From a virus, in IMG/VR virus record IMGVR_UViG_3300032163_000011, positions 5,416-69,415 of that record: 64,000 nucleotides of DNA, one strand, 5' to 3'. Numbering within the stretch: position 1 is the first letter of the stretch; each line of letters opens with the position of its first letter. Positions 46,879 through 56,887 of this stretch are shown here, piece after piece. Under the pieces are notes generated by a model that was not told the DNA's origin, ran no database searches, and worked only from the letters and a program-made list of their open reading frames with translations. Position numbers and translations under genes: made by a program.

Positions 46879-47394
46879 CTACTTTATCACTGCTCTTTGT
46901 TTCATGTATTCCCAAATACACGAACTGTGGTAACAAGTTTGGGCTTTTACATGATGATATAAGTTGGCAGGATCATCATACTGCTTACAGATCCAACATC
47001 TCCTCCAGGTGGTATGGCCGCAAGCCGCAAGAGCCCTTTTTCTTCGATGGAGTAAAAGATGATACGCTTGGTTTTGACAAACAACTAACTGCTCAGGAGT
47101 GTGGTGGTGGACAACTGCTTTGGGGGGTAGGGACTTGCCCAGGGCTTTCTCAGCAATAAGGATATGTTCAAAAACATGGCCCCTATGTGCCCTGGGATGA
47201 CCAGGCATATAAACCGTAGCGTAACCAGCCTTCGTCTTTGATCTGCCGCCCTTCCAAAAGGTGCAGGACGGCCCCTTGGCGAGATTGTGGCCCAAGATGA
47301 ACTTGAGATGTTCACCCTTCGCCGCCCCATACCGCTTGTCGGTATATTTGGAGACTGGGGCCTCTTGGCCGCACCCGCATTGACACTTGTTCAT
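46879..47394 (-). CDS. HNH endonuclease (CQCGCG type), paralog of 44170..44790
   Basis: MNKCQCGCG; GHVFEHILIAEKALGKSL...VVHHH...LVVCQNQAYH. Confidence 0.75.
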   Translation of the reverse strand: MNKCQCGCGQEAPVSKYTDKRYGAAKGEHLKFILGHNLAKGPSCTFWKGGRSKTKAGYATVYMPGHPRAHRGHVFEHILIAEKALGKSLPPKAVVHHHTPEQLVVCQNQAYHLLLHRRKRALAACGHTTWRRCWICKQYDDPANLYHHVKAQTCYHSSCIWEYMKQRAVIK

Positions 47395-47603
47395 GGGGAA
47401 GGGGCTTCTTTTCTTGTGGTGGGCATAACTCTTTCCTCCTGTGAGGTGAGATGGTGTTGTTTGCAAATCAGGCACCGGTAGGCCCGAATCGGATGCGGCG
47501 TATCCAGCGCGGCGGTGTCTTTGATCTTCGCCAGAGCCATGAGCGCCCGTATCCGGCTCTTGTAACAGACCTTGCCGCTTGGGCACTCCATTACATAGGC
47601 CAT
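47391..47603 (-). CDS. Small Zn-finger protein
   Basis: CPSGKVCY...RAYRCLICKQHHLTS. Confidence 0.65.
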   Translation of the reverse strand: MAYVMECPSGKVCYKSRIRALMALAKIKDTAALDTPHPIRAYRCLICKQHHLTSQEERVMPTTRKEAPSP

Positions 47604-48334
47604 TCCTGAATTTTCTCCGGCAATTTAAGATTATCCTTGAGGAACAGACTGACTCCCGCCGCCCGGTATTGGTCAATGAGGCCCTGGACCCACTGATTTT
47701 TCGGCTTCACCGCCCCCGGCCCGGTCATGGCTCCGATGATGGCCCACTTGATTCCATCGAAGGGGATTTTATAGTCACCGACAAAATGCTGGCCCCGATT
47801 CCCAAATTCATCTTCAAATAAATAATGGTCAACGACCATATCCCCCAGCAACGGCTCATGGCTCACGAATTTTACCGCAGCATCCATCTTCAAGAGCCAG
47901 GGCAGCCGTTCATCCGCATCCGCCTGGTTCGTGACCGTCGTGCCGACCCAGCAGTTAGAGGGCCAGGGGTTGAAGTCTTTCAGGCGCTTCGGGTTTTTGG
48001 TGAGGAATTGGAAGGTGTGACGCGGGCATGTCTTCGCCTGGGCCAGAACCAGTTCAATTTGAAACTCAAATGTGGTGGGGTGAAACAGATCCCCCATGGA
48101 TTGCACGAAGATCCGTCGAGGTTTTTTCCAGTGGTGAGGTTTATCAAGCATCTCCGGGTGCCAGTGAGGGATGAACTTGCGGCAGAGATCGCAGTCCCTT
48201 AAACTCCTGGTAGCCAGTCTCCGGGCGTAACAATAGGAGCATGGCTGTGGATTCTCAGGTGTTCCTCCTGGGCCGTAACAGCCCCAGCCGAGGGGGTTTA
48301 GCGCTTCGTCAGTCCACTCTATTTTGCTGGGCAT
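47591..48334 (-). CDS. DUF5131 (Gp37/Gp68) family protein
   Basis: SKIEWTD...CSYCYA...RIFVQSMGDLF...FQFLTKNP...FVSHEPLL. Confidence 0.9.
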   Translation of the reverse strand: MPSKIEWTDEALNPLGWGCYGPGGTPENPQPCSYCYARRLATRSLRDCDLCRKFIPHWHPEMLDKPHHWKKPRRIFVQSMGDLFHPTTFEFQIELVLAQAKTCPRHTFQFLTKNPKRLKDFNPWPSNCWVGTTVTNQADADERLPWLLKMDAAVKFVSHEPLLGDMVVDHYLFEDEFGNRGQHFVGDYKIPFDGIKWAIIGAMTGPGAVKPKNQWVQGLIDQYRAAGVSLFLKDNLKLPEKIQEWPM

Positions 48335-48470
48335 GGGCGGCCTACCAGCACAGCCAGGTAATGAGGCAAGCCGAGGCGAAGATGATGAATCCCCAGGCGG
48401 GTTTAACCCACCAGGGAATGTGCTCAAGGGCGAGACATTCAATGCAGCGACAGTCCATAACGCCTCCTTT

Positions 48471-48740
48471 TTACTCTCCGGTTATTAAATCCAGGTCGAA
48501 GTTCTTACCAAACTTGATGACTTTCTCGGGCAGATGAATAACAAACGGATGGCTCAGGCCACAGGTCCGTGCCCAGCAACCAGCCACGCGCCGGTAAAAA
48601 AAAACTCCGATGTGGTCCACCAGCAGCCGGGACGAGCCTTTCTCCCATAACCCCGGACCCACCGATTTCCATTCGCAGGCCCGCAAGGTTATTTCCAGGG
48701 CGAGGCCCGGGTTTCGGCGATGGTCTTCGTTATCGGCCAC
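48471..48740 (-). CDS. Hypothetical protein
   Basis: 89 aa in operon. Confidence 0.5.
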   Translation of the reverse strand: MADNEDHRRNPGLALEITLRACEWKSVGPGLWEKGSSRLLVDHIGVFFYRRVAGCWARTCGLSHPFVIHLPEKVIKFGKNFDLDLITGE

Positions 48741-49236
48741 GCCCCGCCCCCTTTTTGGTCTCCTTCTTTTGTTTTTTGGGGCAGAGCTTACAGAGGTGCG
48801 GGAAGGCTTGCGTTAATTCAGGCCGTAGGTGGATAATATTGAGGCCGGTGAGCCGCGGATCGCCTTGGGCCCGGTCCAGGACCTTGCAGGCTTGATCAAT
48901 CCTGAATCGCTTCCGGCCAGCATTGATATGATAGATCGTGGTGCGATCACAGCCGGCGGTCTCGGCATAATCCGACGGGATGGTCATGGGTGGGGGTTGA
49001 TATTTAGACAAATCATTATCCTTATGATGATTTTGGCAAGCAGGATGTTCTATCTTATGGCAAAGCGGGCAGAGCCAGATTACTTCAAGAGGCTTTTCGT
49101 AATTCTCATGGTGAGCATGAAGGTGCTTTGGCGATTTCCCGCACTTTTGACATCTATCAGGTTTGATCAACTTACCGCTATCTACGGCAGCCTTCACCTT
49201 AACCTGGGCCAGCTTAGAGATTGGAGTTTTATTCAT
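48730..49236 (-). CDS. HNH-like Zn domain fused to an HTH
   Basis: CQKCG...HAHHENYEKPLEVIWLCPLCH; AETAGCDRTTIYHINAG. Confidence 0.65.
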   Translation of the reverse strand: MNKTPISKLAQVKVKAAVDSGKLIKPDRCQKCGKSPKHLHAHHENYEKPLEVIWLCPLCHKIEHPACQNHHKDNDLSKYQPPPMTIPSDYAETAGCDRTTIYHINAGRKRFRIDQACKVLDRAQGDPRLTGLNIIHLRPELTQAFPHLCKLCPKKQKKETKKGAGRGR

Positions 49237-49444
49237 CACTGTTCTCCGAATCCAAAAGCATGGCAGGGGGGATCCTGAGTGCCTTGGCAATCTTATTGAG
49301 GGTTTTAAACCCTCCCACGCCATTCTTCTCCCATGCCTCAATAGCCTGACGGGTAACTGGTGGCTCGCATTTCAGGGCCAGTTCGGTGGTGGTCCACTTC
49401 TGGCCCTCTCGGAATTCTTTGATTTTGTTGCCGCTGACTCGCAT
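49229..49444 (-). CDS. XRE/Cro-like transcriptional regulator
   Basis: IKEFREGQKWTTTELA...VTRQAIEAWE...TLNKIAKALRI. Confidence 0.85.
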   Translation of the reverse strand: MRVSGNKIKEFREGQKWTTTELALKCEPPVTRQAIEAWEKNGVGGFKTLNKIAKALRIPPAMLLDSENSDE

Positions 49445-49548
49445 AAGCCCATTATAGGAGGGCTTTTAGATTTTGCAACAATATTATTCCAATTAATTTC
49501 ATTTGATGGCAAAAAAACAGTTGCAATCCGGTGAAAAGCGTTTATCAT
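49445..49548. promoter_or_regulatory. Divergent promoter pair (switch region)
   Basis: Minus: TTGCAA (49478-73), 16 nt, TATAAT (49456-51), overlapped by AAGCCC-N9-GGGCTT. Plus: TTGCAA (49521-26), 16 nt, TATCAT (49543-48). Confidence 0.65.
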
Positions 49549-49882
49549 CATCATCAAGCCCCTCAATCTCCCTTCACGAGCAAGCAGGATCAGGCGACGC
49601 TGGGAGATGAAAGGCCCACTACCTCAGAGACCTATGGCTGATGGTGAAGGGTGGCGGGAACGGGGCGCAAGGTTCCACAGCCTGAGTGGTTGCGGCGAGA
49701 TAGGGTGCCCAAGCGGTGGAGACAGTCTGCCGGGAGTGAAAAACTGAGCGAGATGTCGTGAGTGTGCCGACCCTTGGAGCCTGTAAGAGTGGGCATCTTG
49801 CAATCCTTACCTCCGACCCAAGTTAATGTCTCGCCGTAGCCAACTGAGGCTGCGGGAAAAACCAGAAGGAGAGGTGTGTCTT

Positions 49883-50341
49883 ATGACCAAAGGAAAGGTA
49901 GAAGCAGTACCGGAAGTAAGGATAGAAACTGTAGCGGAAACCTTGGCCGGCGTAGCTGCCAGCCCAGAAAACCCCGCCAGCATCCAAACCGAATTTGACA
50001 CCGAAATCCTCAAGTGCATCCTGACGGACTCCGAACTCCAAAACTACGGGATCCTGGCAGCGCGGCATGACCAAGAAGTTGATCAGGCCGAATTGGAACT
50101 GACCGCGGTTAAAAGCCAGTTCAAAAACCGGATCGACGCCGCAACCTCCAAGCGGAAGGAGTTGGCCGCCAAGATTAACCAGGGGTATGAATTCCGCACC
50201 GTGGATGTCCAGATCGTCAAGGACTTCACGAACAACACGGTGACCACTATCCGCCAGGACACCGGCGTAACGGTTAAGCAGCGCACGATGACCCGGCAGG
50301 AATGCCAGCGGCCCCTGGGGTTTGGCGAGGAGGTAGCGTAA
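49883..50341 (+). CDS. Coiled-coil hypothetical protein
   Basis: RBS GGAGAGG; LTDSEL...IRQDTG...RTMT. Confidence 0.7.
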   Translation: MTKGKVEAVPEVRIETVAETLAGVAASPENPASIQTEFDTEILKCILTDSELQNYGILAARHDQEVDQAELELTAVKSQFKNRIDAATSKRKELAAKINQGYEFRTVDVQIVKDFTNNTVTTIRQDTGVTVKQRTMTRQECQRPLGFGEEVA

Positions 50342-50883
50342 AACTTCCAAGCGTGACCCAAATCCTGGCTCCGCACTCGGATTTCTCTCAGGTGCCGGCG
50401 CACCTCTTGGGCCCGGCCCAGGACCGAGGGGATGCTGTCCATGAGCTTTGTGCGCTCTACGCGAATCGTTTATGGATTCAGGAAGTCCCTGTAAAGATTG
50501 ATGGGTATTTTCAGAGCTTCAAAGCGTGGTTTGACCAGGCCGTTGAAGAGGTTATTTTGGTGGAAGCGGAGTTACGAGACGAGGACCGGGCCTTCTGCGG
50601 CCATCCCGATTTGATCGCCCGGCTCCGGGGAGACACCGGCCTCAGCCTGATTGATTATAAGACCGCGAAGCCGCTGTCAAAGGGGTGGCGCCTGCAGTTG
50701 GCTGGATATAAACTGCTGGCCGAAAAGAACGGCTACCCCATCACCCGGGTCGCTTCCCTGCGGCCCCAACAGGACGGCAGGGTCGCCAAATTCCAGGGGT
50801 ACGAGCGGACCTTGGCTTACGATGCCAGTATTTTCCTGGCAGAACTCGCAGTCTGGAGGTTTTTTCATGCAGCAACAAGATGA
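50302..50883 (+). CDS. PD-(D/E)XK exonuclease-like protein (start uncertain)
   Basis: LPSVTQIL...RGDAVH...FCGHPD...LIDYKT...LQLAGY. Confidence 0.85.
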   Translation: MPAAPGVWRGGSVKLPSVTQILAPHSDFSQVPAHLLGPAQDRGDAVHELCALYANRLWIQEVPVKIDGYFQSFKAWFDQAVEEVILVEAELRDEDRAFCGHPDLIARLRGDTGLSLIDYKTAKPLSKGWRLQLAGYKLLAEKNGYPITRVASLRPQQDGRVAKFQGYERTLAYDASIFLAELAVWRFFHAATR

Positions 50884-51751
50884 AGAACTGGATTTTTTCG
50901 CCGCCACCAAGACCCCGCCCCCCCCCGTTGAAGAACCCGAAGCCCCTCCCGTAGAGGCAGAGGTCCTGCCGGGGCTACCCGCCATCATAGAGTATAAAAC
51001 CCAGCAGGCTGTAACTCGGATCTACCAGTTCGAGCAGAAGGTCAACAGGGCCATCGCCGGCAGCAAGAAGATCGTGGCCATTCGGGATGAGGCCACCAAT
51101 GCGCTTTCAGCGACGGCGGCGTCTGAGGTCACCCGCCTCATTGAGGACATCGAGACCGTCCGGAAGCACTTCACGGCGCCTCACACGAAATTTAACCAGA
51201 AGGTGAACGAGTTCGCCAAGAAGTATTCCGACCCCTTGGGTAAGGAACAGGCCCGCCAGAAGATGATGCTGACCGGCTGGCACAACGCCCAGGAGATGGA
51301 GAAGCGCCGGAAGGAGGCGGCCGCCCGAGAGGAACAGCGCAAGGCCCAAGCGGAGGTGGACGCCGAAGCCCAAAGGCTCCGGGACGAAGCGCAGGAAAAG
51401 GTGGACAACGCCGCGGCAGAGCTTGAACGCCTAAAGACGGTCCCGGGCCTCCATGATGACCAAATTGCCGCCCTGGAGAAAACCATCGAAGAAGAATCGG
51501 TGGCGGCTGCGGCTGAGACGCCCATGGTGGCCTTCCCGGTGGTGGCGGAACAGGACAAGGTGGTGCGCACCTTGGCGGGATCGGCCTCCTTCGCCCACTA
51601 TTTCACTTGGGAACTGGAAAACATCGACCAGGTGGATCGGAAATGGCTGGTGGTGGACGACAAGAAGATCACCCAGGCGGTTAAGGGCGGGTTGAGGAAT
51701 GAATCCGGTTTCAGAATATTCGACCGGACCACGGCAAAGATTAAGGCGTGA
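50867..51751 (+). CDS. Coiled-coil recombination-module protein
   Basis: IETVRKHFTAP...; C-terminal IDQVDRKWLVVDDKKI...GFRIF. Confidence 0.7.
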   Translation: MQQQDEELDFFAATKTPPPPVEEPEAPPVEAEVLPGLPAIIEYKTQQAVTRIYQFEQKVNRAIAGSKKIVAIRDEATNALSATAASEVTRLIEDIETVRKHFTAPHTKFNQKVNEFAKKYSDPLGKEQARQKMMLTGWHNAQEMEKRRKEAAAREEQRKAQAEVDAEAQRLRDEAQEKVDNAAAELERLKTVPGLHDDQIAALEKTIEEESVAAAAETPMVAFPVVAEQDKVVRTLAGSASFAHYFTWELENIDQVDRKWLVVDDKKITQAVKGGLRNESGFRIFDRTTAKIKA

Positions 51752-52002
51752 TATGGGAAACACCAGAAAACCAGGACAAAAGACCTGTGCCCAGTGCCAT
51801 TATTGGGAAGGAAACTGGCGGGCCAAATCGAGACGAATAGCCCAGCGGTGTCTCAAGGGAGCGAGTCCCCATAAGGGCACCTTAATCGGCGGAGGTACGA
51901 CGCCTTGCCACCTATTTAAGTGGCACGATGTCGAGGGAGCTAAACCAAGGGATTGCAGATAATCGCAAATTGAGAGGATTCTATGCCCAAGGAGAGAATC
52001 GC

Positions 52003-53394
52003 ATGAGCAGTCAAAACTCTGCATCAACTCAAGAAGTAATGGTTCAAGCCTTTAAAGAAGACATGAACAAGATAGTCCCTTACCTTGAAAGCCTTCTGCC
52101 ATTCAAGGGCGGTGTTGAAAAATTTATCCAGATGGCTCGGTTGGCTATTTTGCGGGACCCAAGCCTTTTATCCTGTAACCGGAAAAGCCTGCTTTTAGCC
52201 ATCCTCTGGTGCGCCAGCAAAAATCTTGAGCCCGGGGTAGATGACGGCGCCTGGCTGATCCCGTTTAAAGGTATCGTGGTCCCGGTGCCGGCCTACAAGG
52301 GCCTGATCAAAAAGGCCACGGAAACCGAGTCGGTCAAAGATGTTCAACCCTTCCCGGTCTTCGCTAATGACACCTTTGAATACGGGTTGGGGCTGACCCC
52401 GTACATTGACCACAAGCCGCCCAAGCTGGGAGCACCCCGCGGCGACCTGATCGGCGTCTATGTGATCATCACCATGCCCGACATGACCAAGCGGTTCTGG
52501 GTCATGGACCGGGCCGATGTGGAAGCGATCCGGAATTCCTCGGCGGCTTATAAGGCCAAACCCAACGAAGGACCCTGGCACGACTGGTTTGAGAAGATGG
52601 CCATGAAGACCGTGATCAAGCAGGGGCTCAAATACATTCCCGTGAAGCCCCCCGTGCGGGACCTGCTTGAGGATGATGGCCGGATGGAGGCCGGGGAGTC
52701 CGTCGCCACGCTTCTGCGCCAGAGCGGCGCCGAACTGGATGGGCTGGAAGGAGAGGATCCGGCCGGGACCAGCGGCGAAGCACCGGAGCCCGACACCAGC
52801 GCCTTCGACAAGTTGGTGGTGGAGAAAAACCTGGGAACGATCCAGAAAAAGCACTTGGACCTCTTCCTGAAGGAAACCGTCGCTGCGCAAAAGAAAGTGA
52901 AGACCACAGTGGCACAACTGAAGGTCAAGGCTACGGGGACCATTTTACATGAGGAGTCTGGCGAGCAGGTATCACGGTTCCCCAACTTTTGGTTGGCTTT
53001 TGAGCAGTGGGAGGCCGGCAGGTTCCCGAAAAAGGAAGAACCCAAGAAGGAGCCCCCGGCCATCAACGCTGGCGGTCCCCCGCCAGGAGAAGTCCCGCCG
53101 GCAGGTGCCACCGGAGAGCCGGTCGTGGAAGCGGAAATCGTGGAGGAAGGGCCTGGTGAGGGTGAAGGGGAATCTGCGGGCGAGGGAGATCCCTGGCCGG
53201 ACGCGGCGCCTGAGCGGACCTTCGAGCAAGAGCAGGGCGACCTCTGGAACATCGTCATCCAGAAGGGCATTCCTCTCAAGGACATTATGGCCAAGGTAGC
53301 CGTCAAGAACATGGCCGACATCACGCCCGAGAACATTGCCAGCGTGAAGGCCTTCGTCACCTCCTGGGAGCCGGCGGGGAAGGGAAAGAAATAG
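52003..53394 (+). CDS. recT: RecT-family single-strand annealing protein
   Basis: SLLLAILWCASKNLEPG...AWLIPFKG...YKGLI...PWHDWFEKMAMKTVIK. Confidence 0.88.
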   Translation: MSSQNSASTQEVMVQAFKEDMNKIVPYLESLLPFKGGVEKFIQMARLAILRDPSLLSCNRKSLLLAILWCASKNLEPGVDDGAWLIPFKGIVVPVPAYKGLIKKATETESVKDVQPFPVFANDTFEYGLGLTPYIDHKPPKLGAPRGDLIGVYVIITMPDMTKRFWVMDRADVEAIRNSSAAYKAKPNEGPWHDWFEKMAMKTVIKQGLKYIPVKPPVRDLLEDDGRMEAGESVATLLRQSGAELDGLEGEDPAGTSGEAPEPDTSAFDKLVVEKNLGTIQKKHLDLFLKETVAAQKKVKTTVAQLKVKATGTILHEESGEQVSRFPNFWLAFEQWEAGRFPKKEEPKKEPPAINAGGPPPGEVPPAGATGEPVVEAEIVEEGPGEGEGESAGEGDPWPDAAPERTFEQEQGDLWNIVIQKGIPLKDIMAKVAVKNMADITPENIASVKAFVTSWEPAGKGKK

Positions 53395-53600
53395 GAATGA
53401 AAATGCGCCAGGGTGGCTGGGAAGGGGCGTCGGGGAAGATGGCGCCATGGCGTGTCGATGAGGCTGGCCACTTGCCTCGGTGAATCCCGGGCACACTTCG
53501 CGCTGAGGGGCGGTTATACGATTCGCCAGCTACGGCTTTTCCTGTCTTGGGATTTCACCGTCGCAATGCTGGCCTGCCCCAAGGCGCTTATAAGGAGACG

Positions 53601-53999
53601 ATGATGAGCGCAAGACCGAGAGTAAGACACGAGTTAAAGACTTGGCCGCAGTTTTTCCAGCCAATCTTGAATGGGATTAAGCGGTTCGAACTTCGCCGGG
53701 ATGACCGCCTGGAAAGTTTCCAGGTGGGGGATGAGTTGCTGTTGAAGGAATGGGACCCAGCTACGTTTGAACACCTCATGTCTTTGGAGCATGAACCTCC
53801 GTCCGAGGACGCTATTGAGCGATTCAAAGAAGCGGCCTATACCGGCCGGGAAGTCCTGGTGAGGGTCGATTATATTCTCTGGGCCGAAGATATTAACAAG
53901 ATCAATGCTGTTTCCAGGCCCGATAGTTTCTTGGAATCCATCGGCGGCAAGATTCTTCAGCCCGGCTTCGTCATTATGAGCGTGTCGCTGATTTCTTAG
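53601..53999 (+). CDS. DUF3850 / ASCH-like protein
   Basis: HELKTWPQFF...GIKRFELRRDDR...FQVGDELLLKEWDP...YTGRE. Confidence 0.88.
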   Translation: MMSARPRVRHELKTWPQFFQPILNGIKRFELRRDDRLESFQVGDELLLKEWDPATFEHLMSLEHEPPSEDAIERFKEAAYTGREVLVRVDYILWAEDINKINAVSRPDSFLESIGGKILQPGFVIMSVSLIS

Positions 54000-54007
54000 A
54001 GGAGACG

Positions 54008-54904
54008 ATGATGCCAGAGGCCTCACCCTGTAAATCGTGTCCCGAATGGGGAGAGGGCTTCACGGAACGCTGTCTCCCTACCTGTAAAAAGGTCGAGGAA
54101 TATCAACAAAGGGTGAGCTCCGGACAGGCGCGCTATGCGGATTGTGTCAGGGTACTTCCTTCGGCAAAGCCGTCTCCACCACCACCTCAAAAGGAACCGA
54201 AAATGAGCGCATTCGACCGACTGGTCCGTAAAGGTGAGAAAAAGACAGCTATCCTCAAGGCTCTTGATTTTTTAAGTCACAAGGAAAACAACCTAAAGGG
54301 AGGTGTCACTAAGAGGGCCATCGCCGACCACTTGGGGGAGACTAACGCCGTCCTGGAATACTGGTTTCAGTTGTTGAAGAAAGAGGGCGTCATCGACATT
54401 ACTGGAGGTGGCCCCGGCGCCCCGGCCACGATCTCCTGGACCAAGAAGCCGGAAGAGACGACGAATATCAATCAAGTCGTTGCCCCAAAAGAAGATGGAA
54501 TTCTGACCGGTGATCCACCGTCCTCTGAGAGGGTGAGGGTGAAGGAGACGGCTCTTATAGAGAGGGGAATAAAACCGCCTCCGCCGGTCCATCCCTGCCC
54601 AAACCATGAAGACCGGGAACAGAAGGTCGGTAGAAATGGCAGACGCCTCGGGGTTTGTGACGAATGCTTATCGACCAGGGATTCACCTAAGAATTTAGAT
54701 CGTGCCCGTGAGGGCGGGCGTATGGTGCAATTATATTTTCACGACAAACACCTTGACCTGAAGGCGTGGCTGGATAAAGAGGCTGAGAGCAACGAGCGCA
54801 CCATCCAGCAGGAGATCATCTATCTCCTGAAACAGGCCAGGATATTCATTGAAGGCGGTTATGTGATCAGCATCGTTAAAGGACACTATGTCGAAAAAGG
54901 ATAA
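54008..54904 (+). CDS. Hypothetical protein with possible winged-HTH and Zn-binding elements
   Basis: 298 aa; TKRAIADHLG; CPNH...CDEC. Confidence 0.6.
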   Translation: MMPEASPCKSCPEWGEGFTERCLPTCKKVEEYQQRVSSGQARYADCVRVLPSAKPSPPPPQKEPKMSAFDRLVRKGEKKTAILKALDFLSHKENNLKGGVTKRAIADHLGETNAVLEYWFQLLKKEGVIDITGGGPGAPATISWTKKPEETTNINQVVAPKEDGILTGDPPSSERVRVKETALIERGIKPPPPVHPCPNHEDREQKVGRNGRRLGVCDECLSTRDSPKNLDRAREGGRMVQLYFHDKHLDLKAWLDKEAESNERTIQQEIIYLLKQARIFIEGGYVISIVKGHYVEKG

Positions 54905-55115
54905 TCTCAGCCCCCAGGTAGTTCAACTGGCTATTAATTCCTATCTGGAAGCTCTCAGGGAGGCCAAGGGCGAACGCGTGGCGGAGATGACTGATCTGTT
55001 CTACCAGAAAGGTTTCTTCTTCCTACGGACGGCAGGGTGTAGCAAGGAGGCCCCGGCGATCCCCTACCGGCTGTCTCAAATCCAAAAAATGACCACAGAA
55101 TTAGAGACCGCATAA
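54888..55115 (+). CDS. Small hypothetical protein
   Basis: 75 aa in operon. Confidence 0.55.
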   Translation: MSKKDNLSPQVVQLAINSYLEALREAKGERVAEMTDLFYQKGFFFLRTAGCSKEAPAIPYRLSQIQKMTTELETA

Positions 55116-55116
55116 C

Positions 55117-55602
55117 ATGGCCCATACCGACGCTTGTAAAATCCAAGTCACGGAATTCGTGAGGAAGTTAGCCGACAAGGGCATGTCTATCAATAAAGCC
55201 TGTGAAGTGGCTGAAAAAGAAAGTGATGGGATACCATCAGAGACAATCCGCAGGTGGTGGAAAGAAATTAAAACGCAGACTGCCGCCGAGTTGGTCAAAA
55301 ATGACCAACCTCTGCCAACCCCTGAAAATTCCCCACAAATTCAAGAAAATCAAGTTGCGGAATATGGCGGCACAAGGGACGGTGCAGGCCGGCCACCGAA
55401 GTATGCGCCCCCGAAACCATCTTCACCACCCCCAAAGCCAATCTCCTTTGCACTTGATTTCGCGACCATGGCGATAAGTCAGTTGGAAAGGATCAGGGAT
55501 GACGACCCCAAACGGGAAGATGCATTTAATGAAGTTATAAAATGGATTAACAACCAATTAAACAAGGAGAACGGAAATGGCAAGAATCCTGGAAACAAAT
55601 AA
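55117..55602 (+). CDS. HTH-containing hypothetical protein
   Basis: GMSINKAC...IPSETIRRWW; GGTRDGAGRP. Confidence 0.6.
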   Translation: MAHTDACKIQVTEFVRKLADKGMSINKACEVAEKESDGIPSETIRRWWKEIKTQTAAELVKNDQPLPTPENSPQIQENQVAEYGGTRDGAGRPPKYAPPKPSSPPPKPISFALDFATMAISQLERIRDDDPKREDAFNEVIKWINNQLNKENGNGKNPGNK

Positions 55603-56389
55603 TTATAGCAAATTTGTGCTCTCACCTTTCAACCGTAATGTGAGAAGGACTTGGAACCTTGAAACCTCCATGCTGAAATACGGGTTCCGTGATTCCGAGC
55701 CCATTGAAGTCATAAGACTTGAAAATGGGCATCTGGAAATCCAGGAAGGCCATCACCGTTTTGAGGTGTGCAAGAAGCTCGGCATCCCTGTGAAGTACGT
55801 TGAGGTTAATGAGGCCCTTCCTCGGGGAGTTAGAGCAAAGACGGTCCAACCTTGGAGTTTGAAAGACTACCTGGACTCTTATGTGAGGGCGAATCTGCCG
55901 ACGTATCTTGTGGTTAAAAAATACCAAGAAAGATCCGGTATCCCTCTTTCTTGTTGTATAAACATGCTGGCGGGAGATAGTGCTGGTAGCGGCAACTGGA
56001 GTGACCACTTCAAAAATGGCACCTACCGCTTGGTGGCTGGTTCCTCCCACGCGGATATGGTTGCAGCCATCATAATCCATTGTAAAAAACTCGGAATCTC
56101 CTGGGCTACTAACCAGATATTTGTTTTTGGCGTTTCAAAGATTATCTGGGCTGAGAGTTTTGATCTCAGCGTTCTTTTAAACAAGATAAGCCTTTTCTCC
56201 GAGCGCATGAAGAAGCAGGCGACTAAAGATGATTATGTCAAGATGCTCGATGAGATTTACAACCGCAAAAGTCAGACCAAGGTGCCCCTGGCCTTTCAGG
56301 CAGAGGAAGCCGCCAGAAAGAGGAATGTTGTGGTTCCTGGTGAAAAAGCAAAATCCAAGGTTTTCTCTGGCCCGCCCCCTGCGCCATGA
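55577..56389 (+). CDS. ParB/Srx-like domain protein
   Basis: ETNNYSKF...NRNV...IQEGHHRFEVCKKLGIPVKY. Confidence 0.8.
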   Translation: MARILETNNYSKFVLSPFNRNVRRTWNLETSMLKYGFRDSEPIEVIRLENGHLEIQEGHHRFEVCKKLGIPVKYVEVNEALPRGVRAKTVQPWSLKDYLDSYVRANLPTYLVVKKYQERSGIPLSCCINMLAGDSAGSGNWSDHFKNGTYRLVAGSSHADMVAAIIIHCKKLGISWATNQIFVFGVSKIIWAESFDLSVLLNKISLFSERMKKQATKDDYVKMLDEIYNRKSQTKVPLAFQAEEAARKRNVVVPGEKAKSKVFSGPPPAP

Positions 56390-56410
56390 GAGAATCGTAT
56401 TGGGGCATAA

Positions 56411-56887
56411 ATGACTAAGAAACCGCTCCTAAAACCTGAGCAAGTGGCAGACCTCTTGCAGTGTAGCGTTGCCACTGTGTATGGTCATGCTGCTGCCTTG
56501 GGTGGATTCTACCCAGGTCCGATTAAAATCCTAAGATTCAAAGAGGCCGATATTGTCTCCATCATGGCGGGAAAACAACAAGTGGCGCCACCAGTTCCAA
56601 TACCTGGGGAAGAGGTACAGCAAGAGCAACTTTCACACCAAAAAGGCCGGCGAACGCTGGGAGGTCCTGAAACTGGCGGAACTGGAGGCGGAAGCGAAGA
56701 CGCCACCATCGGCGAAGACGCCATCCGCTTCGGCCTCCGAGGTACTGACCCTGGAAACCCTGATGGTGAAGTACCTCCGCCTGGCCGAAAGAGGGCTCGC
56801 CGAAACGACCTTGAGTTATCGAAAGAGCGTGTTTCGCCGCTTCCTGGCTCATGTCGGGGATGGCCCGATCTTGACCTTGACCCCTGA
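56411..56887 (+). CDS. Excisionase-like HTH protein overlapping the integrase
   Basis: LLKPEQVADLLQCSVATVY...LRFKEADI. Confidence 0.7.
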   Translation: MTKKPLLKPEQVADLLQCSVATVYGHAAALGGFYPGPIKILRFKEADIVSIMAGKQQVAPPVPIPGEEVQQEQLSHQKGRRTLGGPETGGTGGGSEDATIGEDAIRFGLRGTDPGNPDGEVPPPGRKRARRNDLELSKERVSPLPGSCRGWPDLDLDP

